A stretch of DNA of 35,437 nt. Source: Methanomicrobiales archaeon. GTDB lineage: Archaea > Halobacteriota > Methanomicrobia > Methanomicrobiales > Methanospirillaceae. A program made the translations under genes and the position numbers. Positions within the stretch are counted from its first letter, which is position 1. Every line of letters begins with the position of its first letter. Shown piece by piece: positions 24,732 to 33,325 of this stretch. The DNA lies in assembly GCA_013415575.1 (NCBI GenBank), contig JAAEES010000009.1:1-35437 (forward strand), written 5' to 3'. The notes beneath the pieces are model-generated. The model was given only the letters and a program-made list of their open reading frames with translations, was not told the origin of the DNA and searched no databases.

Positions 24732-24774
24732 AGCTCCACCTTCGGAGAGGTCCGGGTGTCCCTGATTTCCGCAC

Positions 24775-25425
24775 TCACCTGAACTGGATGCCGACATCCT
24801 TCATCTTATTGTACCGGGCGATGTTGAGCAGGAGCGGGGTGAGACATTCTACCATGCTGGACACGGCGAGCGGGCCGGCATCGTAGGACTTTACCCCCGG
24901 GATAGTGCGGATGAGTTCCATCACCGTCGCCTTGGCATTGCCATCATCACCGCAGACCGGTACGGCAAGGTCGAGCACTTCGGTGAGGGCTTTCCATTTA
25001 TTTGCCGCCACCGTATTGAATGCCGAGCAGACCGTGGTCCCTTCGGGAAGCATCTTTCTGACCAGTAGTGCCGCGGAGCCCTCTTCCGGAGGGGTATAGA
25101 CAAAGAACTCCCGTTTCTCCATGGGATTGATCGGTGAAACCACGATCTTGTCCTCAAATCCACTGAGAGATGACAGAGTCGGCACGAGATGCCTGAACGG
25201 GATTGCAAGGATCACAATATCTGACCGGTCGATTGCTTCCTGGTTCGAGTGACCGCTCAGGCTGCACCGTATCCCGAGCCCGGTGAGGGCAGCGGTGCAG
25301 GTAGTACAGGAACTCTCTGCCTTGTCCTCCTCTCGGGAGCCGATAAACACATCGTGATTCGGCGAGAGCCGCATGGCAATACCCTCGCCGATATCACCGG
25401 TCCCGCCAACGATGCCGACCTTCAC
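24775..25425 (-). CDS. npdG: NADPH-dependent F420 reductase (F420H2:NADP+ oxidoreductase, NpdG/Fno family)
   Basis: 216 aa with a Rossmann N-terminus, MKVGIVGGTGDIGEGIAMRL. The GTG start directly follows the trx TAA. Confidence 0.8.
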   Translation of the reverse strand: MKVGIVGGTGDIGEGIAMRLSPNHDVFIGSREEDKAESSCTTCTAALTGLGIRCSLSGHSNQEAIDRSDIVILAIPFRHLVPTLSSLSGFEDKIVVSPINPMEKREFFVYTPPEEGSAALLVRKMLPEGTTVCSAFNTVAANKWKALTEVLDLAVPVCGDDGNAKATVMELIRTIPGVKSYDAGPLAVSSMVECLTPLLLNIARYNKMKDVGIQFR

Positions 25426-25713
25426 TTATTCCACCAGCGGCATCAGCATGGTCTCGAGTGATTCGGCACTGGTGAGGCCTTCCAGAGTCCTCACCACCCT
25501 GCCGTCTTTCTCGATGATGAGCGTCGGCACGACCCGGATCGCGTACTTGTTGGCAAGGTCCATGTGCTGGTCGACGTCGATCTTCCTGATCTCGATCCTG
25601 TCGCCCATATTCTGCTTGAGCTCCTCAAGAATGGGTCCCTGGACCCGGCATGGCCCGCACCACTCGGCAAAAAAGTCAATCAAAACCGGTTTTCCCATGT
25701 GCATTACCTTCAC
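25426..25713 (-). CDS. thioredoxin
   Basis: The active site WCGPC sits in LIDFFAEWCGPCRV, with cis-Pro VPTL. The start is ambiguous (GTG 25713, ATG 25704 or ATG 25698). Confidence 0.88.
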   Translation of the reverse strand: MKVMHMGKPVLIDFFAEWCGPCRVQGPILEELKQNMGDRIEIRKIDVDQHMDLANKYAIRVVPTLIIEKDGRVVRTLEGLTSAESLETMLMPLVE

Positions 25714-25753
25714 AGGAATCGGTCCAAAAAGGAGATAAAGATTTTTATTCGGT

Positions 25754-27211
25754 TTATTTGGAGAGTATTGCCATGATTATCTTTCCATAGGCGGGCCGGG
25801 TAATAAGCACCCCAACCAGCACCCCGATGATGGTGATGATGGCAAACCCGCGGAGGGTGGAGAGATCCATGAGTGCAAGCGGGATCATGGCGATGACCAC
25901 CGTTGCCGCAGACACCATGATGATCCCAACTGCCCGGGTGAGCCTCTTCTGATACAGGTGAGGAGATGGAACCCTCCCTTCATGCAATACCTCGTCGGTT
26001 ATGATGACCAGCTGGTCAATTCCCGTTCCGAGCACGGCAATCAACGCTGCAATTGCCAGGAGATCCAGCTGTTGCTGAATGAGTGCAGCGATACCCAGAA
26101 GGATAACAATCTCGGACAGATTGGTACCGATCATTGGGAGCACAATTGCCGGTTCACGGTACCGGTAGAAGATGACAACACCCACCGCGATGGCCGCGAC
26201 GACGAAGGCAAGCACGGACATCGTTTTGAAATAATCTCCCAGTGGGGCAGAAACTGATCCCGATCCCGCAACGCTGACCCCTACCGGGAGCGCCCCTGCC
26301 CGAAGGTGGATCTCCAGGTTCTTGGCGGCATTCAGTCCTTCCTGACCGGATCCGGTGGAGGCATAGAGCTGCCGAATTGGCTCAACCTGCAATTTTGCGG
26401 CGAGGTCCTGTGAGAGTGGGGCGGTGTACACCATGGCATCATCGAGGACCATGTCGAGCCAGTGGTTGTCCGGGTCAGTAGTTGCCCCGTACCTGATTGC
26501 GGCATCCCTGAACTGGGCAGCCCCGTCTTCGGAGAGGGTAAACGAGACCCCCCACCGGTCACTTCCCGGCGGTTCCTGGGAAGGTATGCCGACTGTGGTG
26601 ATGGCATCCCCGTACAGGACATGCTCGGTCTCATTGCCCGTGGTATGGATCCTTATCTCAAACTTCCCTTGCTTACCGACGATATCTTTTGCCTGCGAGA
26701 GGCTCACGCCCGCCAGTTCGACCCGCATATAGCGTGTCACTCCTGAGAGACTGGTAAGGGGGTTGACCTTTGCATCACGGGTGCCAAGTGCGTTGAGCTT
26801 CTGCTCAAGGATCTGCTTGACCTGCTCACCGGTCTCCTTCGAGACCCCCTGTTCATAGCTGGTGAGCCTCCCTCCCGCCGCGGTAAAGATCTGTCCGAGC
26901 TCAGGCTCGGGAACATACTTCCTGATCTCAAGTTTATCATCGGCGATCAGGTATATCTCGGCATCAAGCTCCGTCTGGAGATCGGTGAGGAAATCCGTTA
27001 CCGGCCGGCTGGTCTCAAAGCCAACTACTTCTGACTGGAATTCCATCTGGAGCCAGCTCCCTTCGGAGAGATCGAGGCCGTACTGGAGATTCGTTGTCAG
27101 TTTCCCGTCTTCTACATGGGGAAAAATGAAGACCACCGAAGCTACCAGCAGAATGACAAGCAGGGCCACCTGCCAGTTCTTGAGCAGCTCGATGAAATCC
27201 TTCCGGTTCAT
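25754..27211 (-). CDS. secD: protein-export membrane protein SecD
   Basis: Start taken at the internal ATG 27211, which forms an ATGA overlap with the secF stop. The protein has an N-terminal TM helix, a large periplasmic-type domain, and a C-terminal 5-TM bundle (GTGIDQLVIITDE). Confidence 0.88.
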   Translation of the reverse strand: MNRKDFIELLKNWQVALLVILLVASVVFIFPHVEDGKLTTNLQYGLDLSEGSWLQMEFQSEVVGFETSRPVTDFLTDLQTELDAEIYLIADDKLEIRKYVPEPELGQIFTAAGGRLTSYEQGVSKETGEQVKQILEQKLNALGTRDAKVNPLTSLSGVTRYMRVELAGVSLSQAKDIVGKQGKFEIRIHTTGNETEHVLYGDAITTVGIPSQEPPGSDRWGVSFTLSEDGAAQFRDAAIRYGATTDPDNHWLDMVLDDAMVYTAPLSQDLAAKLQVEPIRQLYASTGSGQEGLNAAKNLEIHLRAGALPVGVSVAGSGSVSAPLGDYFKTMSVLAFVVAAIAVGVVIFYRYREPAIVLPMIGTNLSEIVILLGIAALIQQQLDLLAIAALIAVLGTGIDQLVIITDEVLHEGRVPSPHLYQKRLTRAVGIIMVSAATVVIAMIPLALMDLSTLRGFAIITIIGVLVGVLITRPAYGKIIMAILSK

Positions 27212-28092
27212 TTTGCACCCCGCTTCCTTCCGGTTTCCTTTCTCTGTCCGGATTCCTGCTTTTGCACGAACCACTTAATAATCCCGGCATTGGTCAGCCA
27301 CGTGTTCACCATGTCGATCACGAGGCCGATCAGGAGCACACTCGCAATATCCCGGATGACCGTTATCTCACCGGCGAAGGCGACCACCCACATCGCAGCA
27401 ATTGCGGCAAGTGTTGTGGTGGTCATGATGATACCGGTGTGGAATGCCCCGGAAAGCTTCTCATTGAGCTTCCCCTGCCGCTTGAGGACACGCATGGTCA
27501 GGAGAATATCGCTGTCAACCGAGTATCCGATGAGCATCAGGAGGGCGGCGGTGGTAGGGAGCGTGAGTTCGATGCCGATCACCGACATCACTGCGGCAGT
27601 CATGGCGATATCTGCAAACGCAGACAGCACCACGGCCCCCGCAGGGACGAAAGACCGGAAAGCGAGGAAGACCACGATGGCCATCCCGATAAATGAGATG
27701 GTAAGGGCGAGGAGAGCCTGTTCCTGGAGGGTCTGGCCGAATGAAGGACCTATCTGGTCGATCTTCGCATCGGGATACTGGTCATTCACGAGCGTCGCAA
27801 GCGATTCAAAGGCTGCATCGTCCATTGGTCCGAATTTAATGAATTTTTCCCCTATGGGCTCAATGAGCGGATATCCTGAGAACGTAGCCCTGAGAGTGTC
27901 AGGATTTTCCGGATTGAGGAGGGTGACTGCCGTACCACCCGAGAAGTCCATCCCCGGTTTCACCGGCATCCCGGTTGATGCCATATTGTAACCAAGGATG
28001 GCCAGTGAGATGATGAGGAGAACCATGGGAAGCACCACCATCTGTCTGGGGGTGTACCGGTTCACATCATAGGTGACGAATCCCATACCCAC
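27208..28092 (-). CDS. secF: protein-export membrane protein SecF
   Basis: 294 aa. N-terminal TM helix, GMDFSGGT motif, and a C-terminal 5-TM bundle (LLMLIGYSVDSDILL). Confidence 0.88.
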   Translation of the reverse strand: MGMGFVTYDVNRYTPRQMVVLPMVLLIISLAILGYNMASTGMPVKPGMDFSGGTAVTLLNPENPDTLRATFSGYPLIEPIGEKFIKFGPMDDAAFESLATLVNDQYPDAKIDQIGPSFGQTLQEQALLALTISFIGMAIVVFLAFRSFVPAGAVVLSAFADIAMTAAVMSVIGIELTLPTTAALLMLIGYSVDSDILLTMRVLKRQGKLNEKLSGAFHTGIIMTTTTLAAIAAMWVVAFAGEITVIRDIASVLLIGLVIDMVNTWLTNAGIIKWFVQKQESGQRKETGRKRGAK

Positions 28093-28232
28093 TAAGTTCG
28101 TGATCCTGATGTAAAATCCTTCGGATGGCGGGAAGAATCATGCCGAAGAAACATCAGGGACATGATCCGGCCTTGATGATCGCGCCGGAAAAAAAGAAAT
28201 TATTAAATAACGATAGTGGTGAGTACCTCACC

Positions 28233-28547
28233 ATGAGATCTCCACAAGAGATCAGGACGGTTGTTGAGAACCGGCTCAGGAACTACATCTCCCGGGACAG
28301 GACCGGGATACGGCGTGCCCTGCTGCAGCTCTTTCTCCGCCTTAAATCACTCACCATCGCAGAAATCTTTGAAGCTCTCAACCGGAAATTTACCATCAGT
28401 TACCATTCCGTTGCAGCCATGGTGGGAATCATCGCATCCAAAATCGGCATCCTCCATGTGAATAAGAACCGGGAGAATCCCTGCAGCGTCTATTCCCTGA
28501 AAGAACAGTATGCGGATACGGTCGCACGGATTGTCGGAACGGTCTGA
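28233..28547 (+). CDS. small winged-helix-like archaeal protein (DUF2551-like)
   Basis: Start taken at the internal ATG 28233. An A/T-rich box (AAATTATTAAATAA) lies about 30 nt upstream, inside the ORF-track extension. LRLKSLTIAEIFEALNRKF...SYHSVAAMVG looks like an HTH. The family name is from memory. Confidence 0.6.
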   Translation: MRSPQEIRTVVENRLRNYISRDRTGIRRALLQLFLRLKSLTIAEIFEALNRKFTISYHSVAAMVGIIASKIGILHVNKNRENPCSVYSLKEQYADTVARIVGTV

Positions 28548-28601
28548 AACCTTCCGATGATTACTTTTTTTACACCAGCCTGCGCATGCATTGAGCATAG
28601 T

Positions 28602-28904
28602 ATGCATGCCCGACTCAACAACAATTTTTCCCCCGATGACATCCGGATCGCCAAAGACGTGGTGGACTATATTGAACGGCGGAAGTCAGATTTCCGCATT
28701 TCAACATCATGTGGCGGCCCGATACTTCTCCCTGTCAGCATCAAGCCTCCCAAACCTACCGATCTCCAGATACCTGCAGGGGATTGGGTGATATTCGTCT
28801 CCATTCATCAGGCACGGTATCTCTCTGCCGTGCATATGGGAATGGTCCCCTTCTTCCTGGATGAGATGGATGAAGAACCCCGTGCCGGTTGCCATGAGTT
28901 TTGA
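28602..28904 (+). CDS. hypothetical protein, first gene of the archease-rtcB operon
   Basis: Start taken at the internal ATG 28602, because the track start 28557 sits on a T7 run. 100 aa. The 3' end overlaps the archease start by 11 nt. Confidence 0.55.
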   Translation: MHARLNNNFSPDDIRIAKDVVDYIERRKSDFRISTSCGGPILLPVSIKPPKPTDLQIPAGDWVIFVSIHQARYLSAVHMGMVPFFLDEMDEEPRAGCHEF

Positions 28905-29301
28905 AGAACTGGAACATACTGCTGATGTGAGGCTGCGGGTGAAAGCAGGATCGCTGGAATCTCTCTTTTCTGAAGCAGCCAGGGCCCTCATGGTGGTGAT
29001 GTACGGTTCTGCAGAACCCGGACCGATGCGAAGGAGCATTGAAGTACAGGCAGCAGATCCCGAATCGCTGATGCATGCGTTCCTCTCCGAGGTGCTCTAT
29101 ATATCCGAGGTAGAGGAGATGGTCGTCTCCGGCGCAGAAATCAGGTTGAATGAGGGCAGGCTTGAAGGAGAACTCACGGGAGAGCCCTTCTCCCCGGCAA
29201 AACACCGTTCAGGTATGGAGGTCAAGGGAATCTCCCTTTCCGGCCTCTCCGTATCCCGGGACAATCATACTTATATTCTTGAGGTCATCTTTGATGTGTG
29301 A
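28894..29301 (+). CDS. archease (RtcB activator)
   Basis: MSFEELEHTADVRLRV... and the C-terminal VKGISLSGL are typical archease. Start taken at the internal ATG 28894. Confidence 0.88.
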   Translation: MSFEELEHTADVRLRVKAGSLESLFSEAARALMVVMYGSAEPGPMRRSIEVQAADPESLMHAFLSEVLYISEVEEMVVSGAEIRLNEGRLEGELTGEPFSPAKHRSGMEVKGISLSGLSVSRDNHTYILEVIFDV

Positions 29302-29307
29302 GGTGCC

Positions 29308-30741
29308 ATGCTTCAGGGAGTAACAAGAATAGGGCCATACGAGTGGGAAGTGCCGATTGGGTTTGTGCCGGACATGAGGGTTCCGGGAAGGTTCTTTCTC
29401 TCGGACAGGCTGGCCGAAACCCTTGAGCCCGGGGCAATCCAGCAACTGGCCAACGTGGCCACGATGCCGGGGATCGTGAAAAATTCCCTCGCCATGCCCG
29501 ACATTCATTGGGGATACGGTTTTCCGATCGGAGGGGTTGCTGCATTCGGCATGGAGGAAGGAGTAATCTCGCCCGGCGGAGTCGGCTTTGATATCAACTG
29601 CGGAGTACGGATCCTCACCACGCCCCTATCAGCAGCCGATCTCGTCCGGAAACGGGAATTGATCGAGGGGTTGTTTTCCGCTGTACCGACCGGAGTGGGA
29701 GCAAAGAGCACGCTCCGGCTTGATCAGAAGGAGCTCCTGGGTATGCTCAGGGGAGGTTCGAAATGGGCGGTCGAGCACGGGTTCGGTATCGAAGAGGATT
29801 TTCTGCACTGTGAGGAACAGGGCTCGATGGTTGGAGCGGATCCTGAAGCGGTATCGCAGAAAGCTCGCCAGCGGGGAATGCCGCAGAGCGGAACGCTCGG
29901 TGCAGGAAACCACTTCCTCGAAGTCCAGATGGTTGAGGAGGTCTATGACCCTGCAGCGGCCTCGGCCTATGGTATCTCGGAAGGGCAGATCTGTATCATG
30001 ATCCACTGCGGTTCCCGCGGACTCGGACACCAGGTCTGCACCGATCATCTCAGGATACTGGAAGCTGCCACCAGGAAGTACGGGATCACTCTCCCGGACC
30101 GGCAGCTTGCCTGTGCCCCGCTCTCCTCCCCTGAAGGAAGGGCGTACTTCGGGGCGATGGCGGCAGCAGCGAATTATGCATGGGCTAACCGGCAGGTGAT
30201 CATGCATATGACGAGGGAAGTGTTTGCACGGATGTACTCGATAGCGTATGAGGACATGCACCTTGTCTATGACGTAGCCCACAACGTGGCCAAATTCGAG
30301 GAGCACACAGTCGATGGCAGGCGTATGCGGGTCTGTGTCCACCGGAAAGGTGCTACCCGGGCCTTCGGGCCGGGCTCCCCTGACCTGCCACCGGCCTACC
30401 GGGAGGCTGGCCAGCCGGTGATCATCCCCGGGAGCATGGGGACGCCATCCTATCTCCTCCATGGAACTGCCGTGGCAATGGAACGGACATTCGGGAGCAC
30501 CTGCCATGGGGCTGGGAGAGTCATGAGCCGGACGAAGGCCAAGAAAATGCTCTCCGGTCACGAGGTCAAGGAAGCGCTCGGAAAAGAAGGAATCCTTGTC
30601 CGTGCCCACCATAACGGGGCTATCGCTGACGAGGCTCCGGAAGTTTATAAACCGAGCGACGAGGTGGTCAGGGTTGTGCACGAGGCCGGATTATCGCGTC
30701 GTGTCGCCAGGTTCAAACCGCTGGGTGTGATAAAGGGATGA
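29308..30741 (+). CDS. rtcB: RNA-splicing ligase RtcB (3'-phosphate/5'-hydroxyl RNA ligase)
   Basis: 477 aa. GVGFDINCGVR, GAGNHFLEVQ, HCGSRGLGHQ and HNVA motifs. GAGGTG lies upstream. No intein. Confidence 0.93.
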   Translation: MLQGVTRIGPYEWEVPIGFVPDMRVPGRFFLSDRLAETLEPGAIQQLANVATMPGIVKNSLAMPDIHWGYGFPIGGVAAFGMEEGVISPGGVGFDINCGVRILTTPLSAADLVRKRELIEGLFSAVPTGVGAKSTLRLDQKELLGMLRGGSKWAVEHGFGIEEDFLHCEEQGSMVGADPEAVSQKARQRGMPQSGTLGAGNHFLEVQMVEEVYDPAAASAYGISEGQICIMIHCGSRGLGHQVCTDHLRILEAATRKYGITLPDRQLACAPLSSPEGRAYFGAMAAAANYAWANRQVIMHMTREVFARMYSIAYEDMHLVYDVAHNVAKFEEHTVDGRRMRVCVHRKGATRAFGPGSPDLPPAYREAGQPVIIPGSMGTPSYLLHGTAVAMERTFGSTCHGAGRVMSRTKAKKMLSGHEVKEALGKEGILVRAHHNGAIADEAPEVYKPSDEVVRVVHEAGLSRRVARFKPLGVIKG

Positions 30742-31313
30742 TCCGGCGGTGCGCCCTTGTCTGGGATGAGAAGCTGGTCTTCTCCCGGTACATCGAGGAA
30801 TGCGGTGTGAACTGCGAGCACATCACCCCCCACATGGTTGCCGCCCCGTTCTACCGCGGCCGTTTTGCCACGCTGATCATTCCCACCGGTTTTGCAAACC
30901 CTGCATTCTCGAACCTGCTCCCTGCCCTGAAAGCGGCCGCACCCCGGATACGGCGGTTCATCGAGCAGGGAGGAAAACTCCTCGTCTTCGGAGCGGCATC
31001 AGCCCGGGAGGATGCATATGACTGGCTCCCTATTCGTCTCCGGTATTACCACCAGTACGGTCCGGTAACCATCAGTATTGATCGGGATAACCCCTTGTCC
31101 TGCCTTGTTGAGGGGTACGACACCAGTTGCATTGAGTGCGATGGTTACTTTACTGATTTCGAGGGATCGGTGATTGCCAGGGCCGGTGAGAACCCGGTAA
31201 TGATCAGGACGGCACTCGGAAAAGGAGAAATTGTGGCAACCACCATCCATGAGTATCCCTCGCGTCCGTTCCTTGCTTCATTCTGCACGGCACCGGAGGA
31301 AACATTATTTTGA
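30738..31313 (+). CDS. hypothetical protein translationally coupled to rtcB
   Basis: 191-aa ORF with an ATGA overlap on the rtcB stop. The pattern of alternating beta-strand and helix segments (ATLIIPTG...GGKLLVFGAAS) hints at a flavodoxin/GATase1-like fold. No catalytic motif recognised. Confidence 0.6.
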   Translation: MIRRCALVWDEKLVFSRYIEECGVNCEHITPHMVAAPFYRGRFATLIIPTGFANPAFSNLLPALKAAAPRIRRFIEQGGKLLVFGAASAREDAYDWLPIRLRYYHQYGPVTISIDRDNPLSCLVEGYDTSCIECDGYFTDFEGSVIARAGENPVMIRTALGKGEIVATTIHEYPSRPFLASFCTAPEETLF

Positions 31314-31344
31314 CTGGGAGAGAGGGATGTATGGAGAAGTACCG

Positions 31345-31767
31345 ATGAATCGCTACGTTATCTCTCAGGGTTCGACTGCAGGGGATCTCGAGCCGTTGGG
31401 GATGGCCATCCATGAACTGCTGAACCGCCTTCCTATCACCGCACGTTCCCGTGATAATCCCGGGATCAGGATTGAGGGGGGAACGGTCGTTGACAGGAAG
31501 TACAGCGGACCGGTACTCGAGGAGGTTCTTACCGGGAACAGACTCCTGAAGAAGACTCCGTCATCAGGGGCATACAAGGGAGTGCCAGTGGTGGTAAGTC
31601 CGATACGGGATGAACGCGGAGATGCCATCGGTGCAATCGGCGTGGTGGATATCACCGGTATTTTCGATCTCGCGACCCTGATGGAGCACCAGTCGGCCAT
31701 TCTCCAGCAGGTGTGCGGGAAGGACCCCTGTCCACTCCCGGGTGAACAGATAGTGGCGAAAAGGTAG
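31345..31767 (+). CDS. conserved methanogen hypothetical protein (DUF2111-like)
   Basis: 140 aa from ATG 31345 (the alternative is ATG 31327). It contains GVPVVVSPIRDERGDAIGAIGVVDITG. The family name is from memory. Confidence 0.6.
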   Translation: MNRYVISQGSTAGDLEPLGMAIHELLNRLPITARSRDNPGIRIEGGTVVDRKYSGPVLEEVLTGNRLLKKTPSSGAYKGVPVVVSPIRDERGDAIGAIGVVDITGIFDLATLMEHQSAILQQVCGKDPCPLPGEQIVAKR

Positions 31768-31772
31768 TCCTG

Positions 31773-32750
31773 ATGTATACAGCAGCATTCAGAGTGCTCG
31801 AGGTGCTCGAGTCAAGCGAAGGGCCGGTTTCGGGTGGAAATATCAGCGAGAGACTGGGAATCTCCCGTTCGGCGGTCTGGAAGCATGTGAAGGAGCTCAT
31901 CAGCATGGGCTATGAGATCTCTGCATCCCAGAAGGAGGGATACCACCTCACCAAAAAGAGCAACCGGCTCCTCCCCTACGAAATTCACAAACACCTGCGG
32001 ACCAGTTTCATCGGGAAGAAGATGCGGTACTTCGAGAACACCCCATCAACTATCTGGGTCGGGAAGAAGCTGGTAAGTGAGGGTGATGCACAGGAGATGC
32101 ACGGGATGGTGATCATCGCAGAAGAGCAGACCGGCGGGATCGGCCGGCTCGGACGCTCATGGGTTTCTCCTGCCGGAGGGATATGGATCACCATCGTACT
32201 CAAACCCGATATTCCCATTGACCGGGTCTTCATGGTGACCATGGCTGCGTCTGTAGCCGTTGCCCGGGCCATCCGCAAGGAGTTTGATCTCGGGGCCCTC
32301 ATCAAGTGGCCAAATGACATCTATATCGGCGATAAAAAGGTTGCCGGACTCCTCCTCGAGCTCTTTGCCGAGGCCGACGAAGTCCACTACTGCCTGCTCA
32401 GTATCGGGGTGGACGTGAACATCTCGCCGAGCCAGCTCGAACAGGTAAAGAGCTCGGTGACATCGATCAGCGCCGAGATGGGGTATGATGTCGACCGCGC
32501 CTCGTTCCTCGCCCGGCTCCTGAAGGAATTTGAGAGCCGCTACCTGCTCATCGAGTCCGGGGAGTATGAGGCGGTCACCCGTGAATGGAAGAGCTTCTCC
32601 TGCACGCTCGAGCACCGTGTCAGGATCAATACCATGAAAGCGACGTTTGAGGGAGAGGCGATCGACATCGATGACTTCGGGGCGCTACTCATCAGAAAGG
32701 ATAACGGGAAGATCGAGCGGGTGATTGCCGGCGACTGCATCCAGCGATAG
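31773..32750 (+). CDS. birA: bifunctional biotin-[acetyl-CoA-carboxylase] ligase / biotin operon repressor BirA
   Basis: 325 aa. N-terminal wHTH (GGNISERLGISRSAVWKHVKEL). Catalytic GGIGRLGRSWVSPAGG and KWPNDI. Confidence 0.92.
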   Translation: MYTAAFRVLEVLESSEGPVSGGNISERLGISRSAVWKHVKELISMGYEISASQKEGYHLTKKSNRLLPYEIHKHLRTSFIGKKMRYFENTPSTIWVGKKLVSEGDAQEMHGMVIIAEEQTGGIGRLGRSWVSPAGGIWITIVLKPDIPIDRVFMVTMAASVAVARAIRKEFDLGALIKWPNDIYIGDKKVAGLLLELFAEADEVHYCLLSIGVDVNISPSQLEQVKSSVTSISAEMGYDVDRASFLARLLKEFESRYLLIESGEYEAVTREWKSFSCTLEHRVRINTMKATFEGEAIDIDDFGALLIRKDNGKIERVIAGDCIQR

Positions 32751-32756
32751 CCATTT

Positions 32757-32790
32757 ATCGTCAACCCGGGAAAAATTAATGGTTGACGAT
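32757..32790. promoter_or_regulatory. predicted BirA operator overlapping the bioY promoter and start
   Basis: A perfect 10-bp inverted repeat, ATCGTCAACC (32757-32766) and GGTTGACGAT (32781-32790). The arms are separated by a 14-nt A/T-rich spacer, CGGGAAAAATTAAT. The right arm covers the bioY start codon. Confidence 0.6.
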
Positions 32791-33325
32791 GTGGGGAGAT
32801 TCCGGGCGACCTGTACTTATAGCCAGTACCGCTGCCTTCACCGGCCTCATTGCCATCGGATCATGGATAGCTATTCCATTCGTTCCTGTCCCGCTCACTC
32901 TCCAGACCCTCTTTGTGATCCTGTCCGGTGCAGTGATGAGGAGGTATGCGGTCCTTCCGAACGTGCTCTACATCCTGATGGGTGCGCTGAACATCCCGGT
33001 GTTCCACAGCGGAACAGCAGGAATCGCCGTGCTCCTTGGTCCCACCGGGGGGTATGTCCTGGGGTTCGTCCCCGGAGCGCTGGCGACAGGCCTCGCCTAT
33101 GAGCACCGGAATCCGGTCCTCCGGATCACCGGTATCATCATCGGCCTTGCGATCATCTTCCTCTGCGGGATGACCTGGCTCTCATTCTCGGCCGGAATCT
33201 CCCTCTCCACAGCTTTTCTCATCGGAGTGCTCCCCTTCATCCCCGGGGATGCGATCAAGGGGTATGCGGTCTACCTCATCGCCGGGCGCCTAGAAGCCCT
33301 GGCCGACCGGGGCGGGGATCCATGA
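32789..33325 (+). CDS. bioY: biotin transporter S-component BioY
   Basis: The polytopic protein with ...AIPFVPVPLTLQTLFVILSGAVMR... and GPTGGYVLGF is typical BioY. ATG 32789 is preferred over TTG 32783. Confidence 0.88.
   Translation: MWGDSGRPVLIASTAAFTGLIAIGSWIAIPFVPVPLTLQTLFVILSGAVMRRYAVLPNVLYILMGALNIPVFHSGTAGIAVLLGPTGGYVLGFVPGALATGLAYEHRNPVLRITGIIIGLAIIFLCGMTWLSFSAGISLSTAFLIGVLPFIPGDAIKGYAVYLIAGRLEALADRGGDP

Noticed and set aside
27116-27991. 291-aa plus-strand ORF
   Set aside because: It is antisense to secF/secD. The product is Ser/Ala/Arg-rich and has no expression signals.
29629-30681. 350-aa minus-strand ORF
   Set aside because: It lies entirely antisense to rtcB, whose motifs are unambiguous. 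The product is Arg/Pro/Gly-rich and low-complexity, typical of shadow ORFs in GC-rich DNA.
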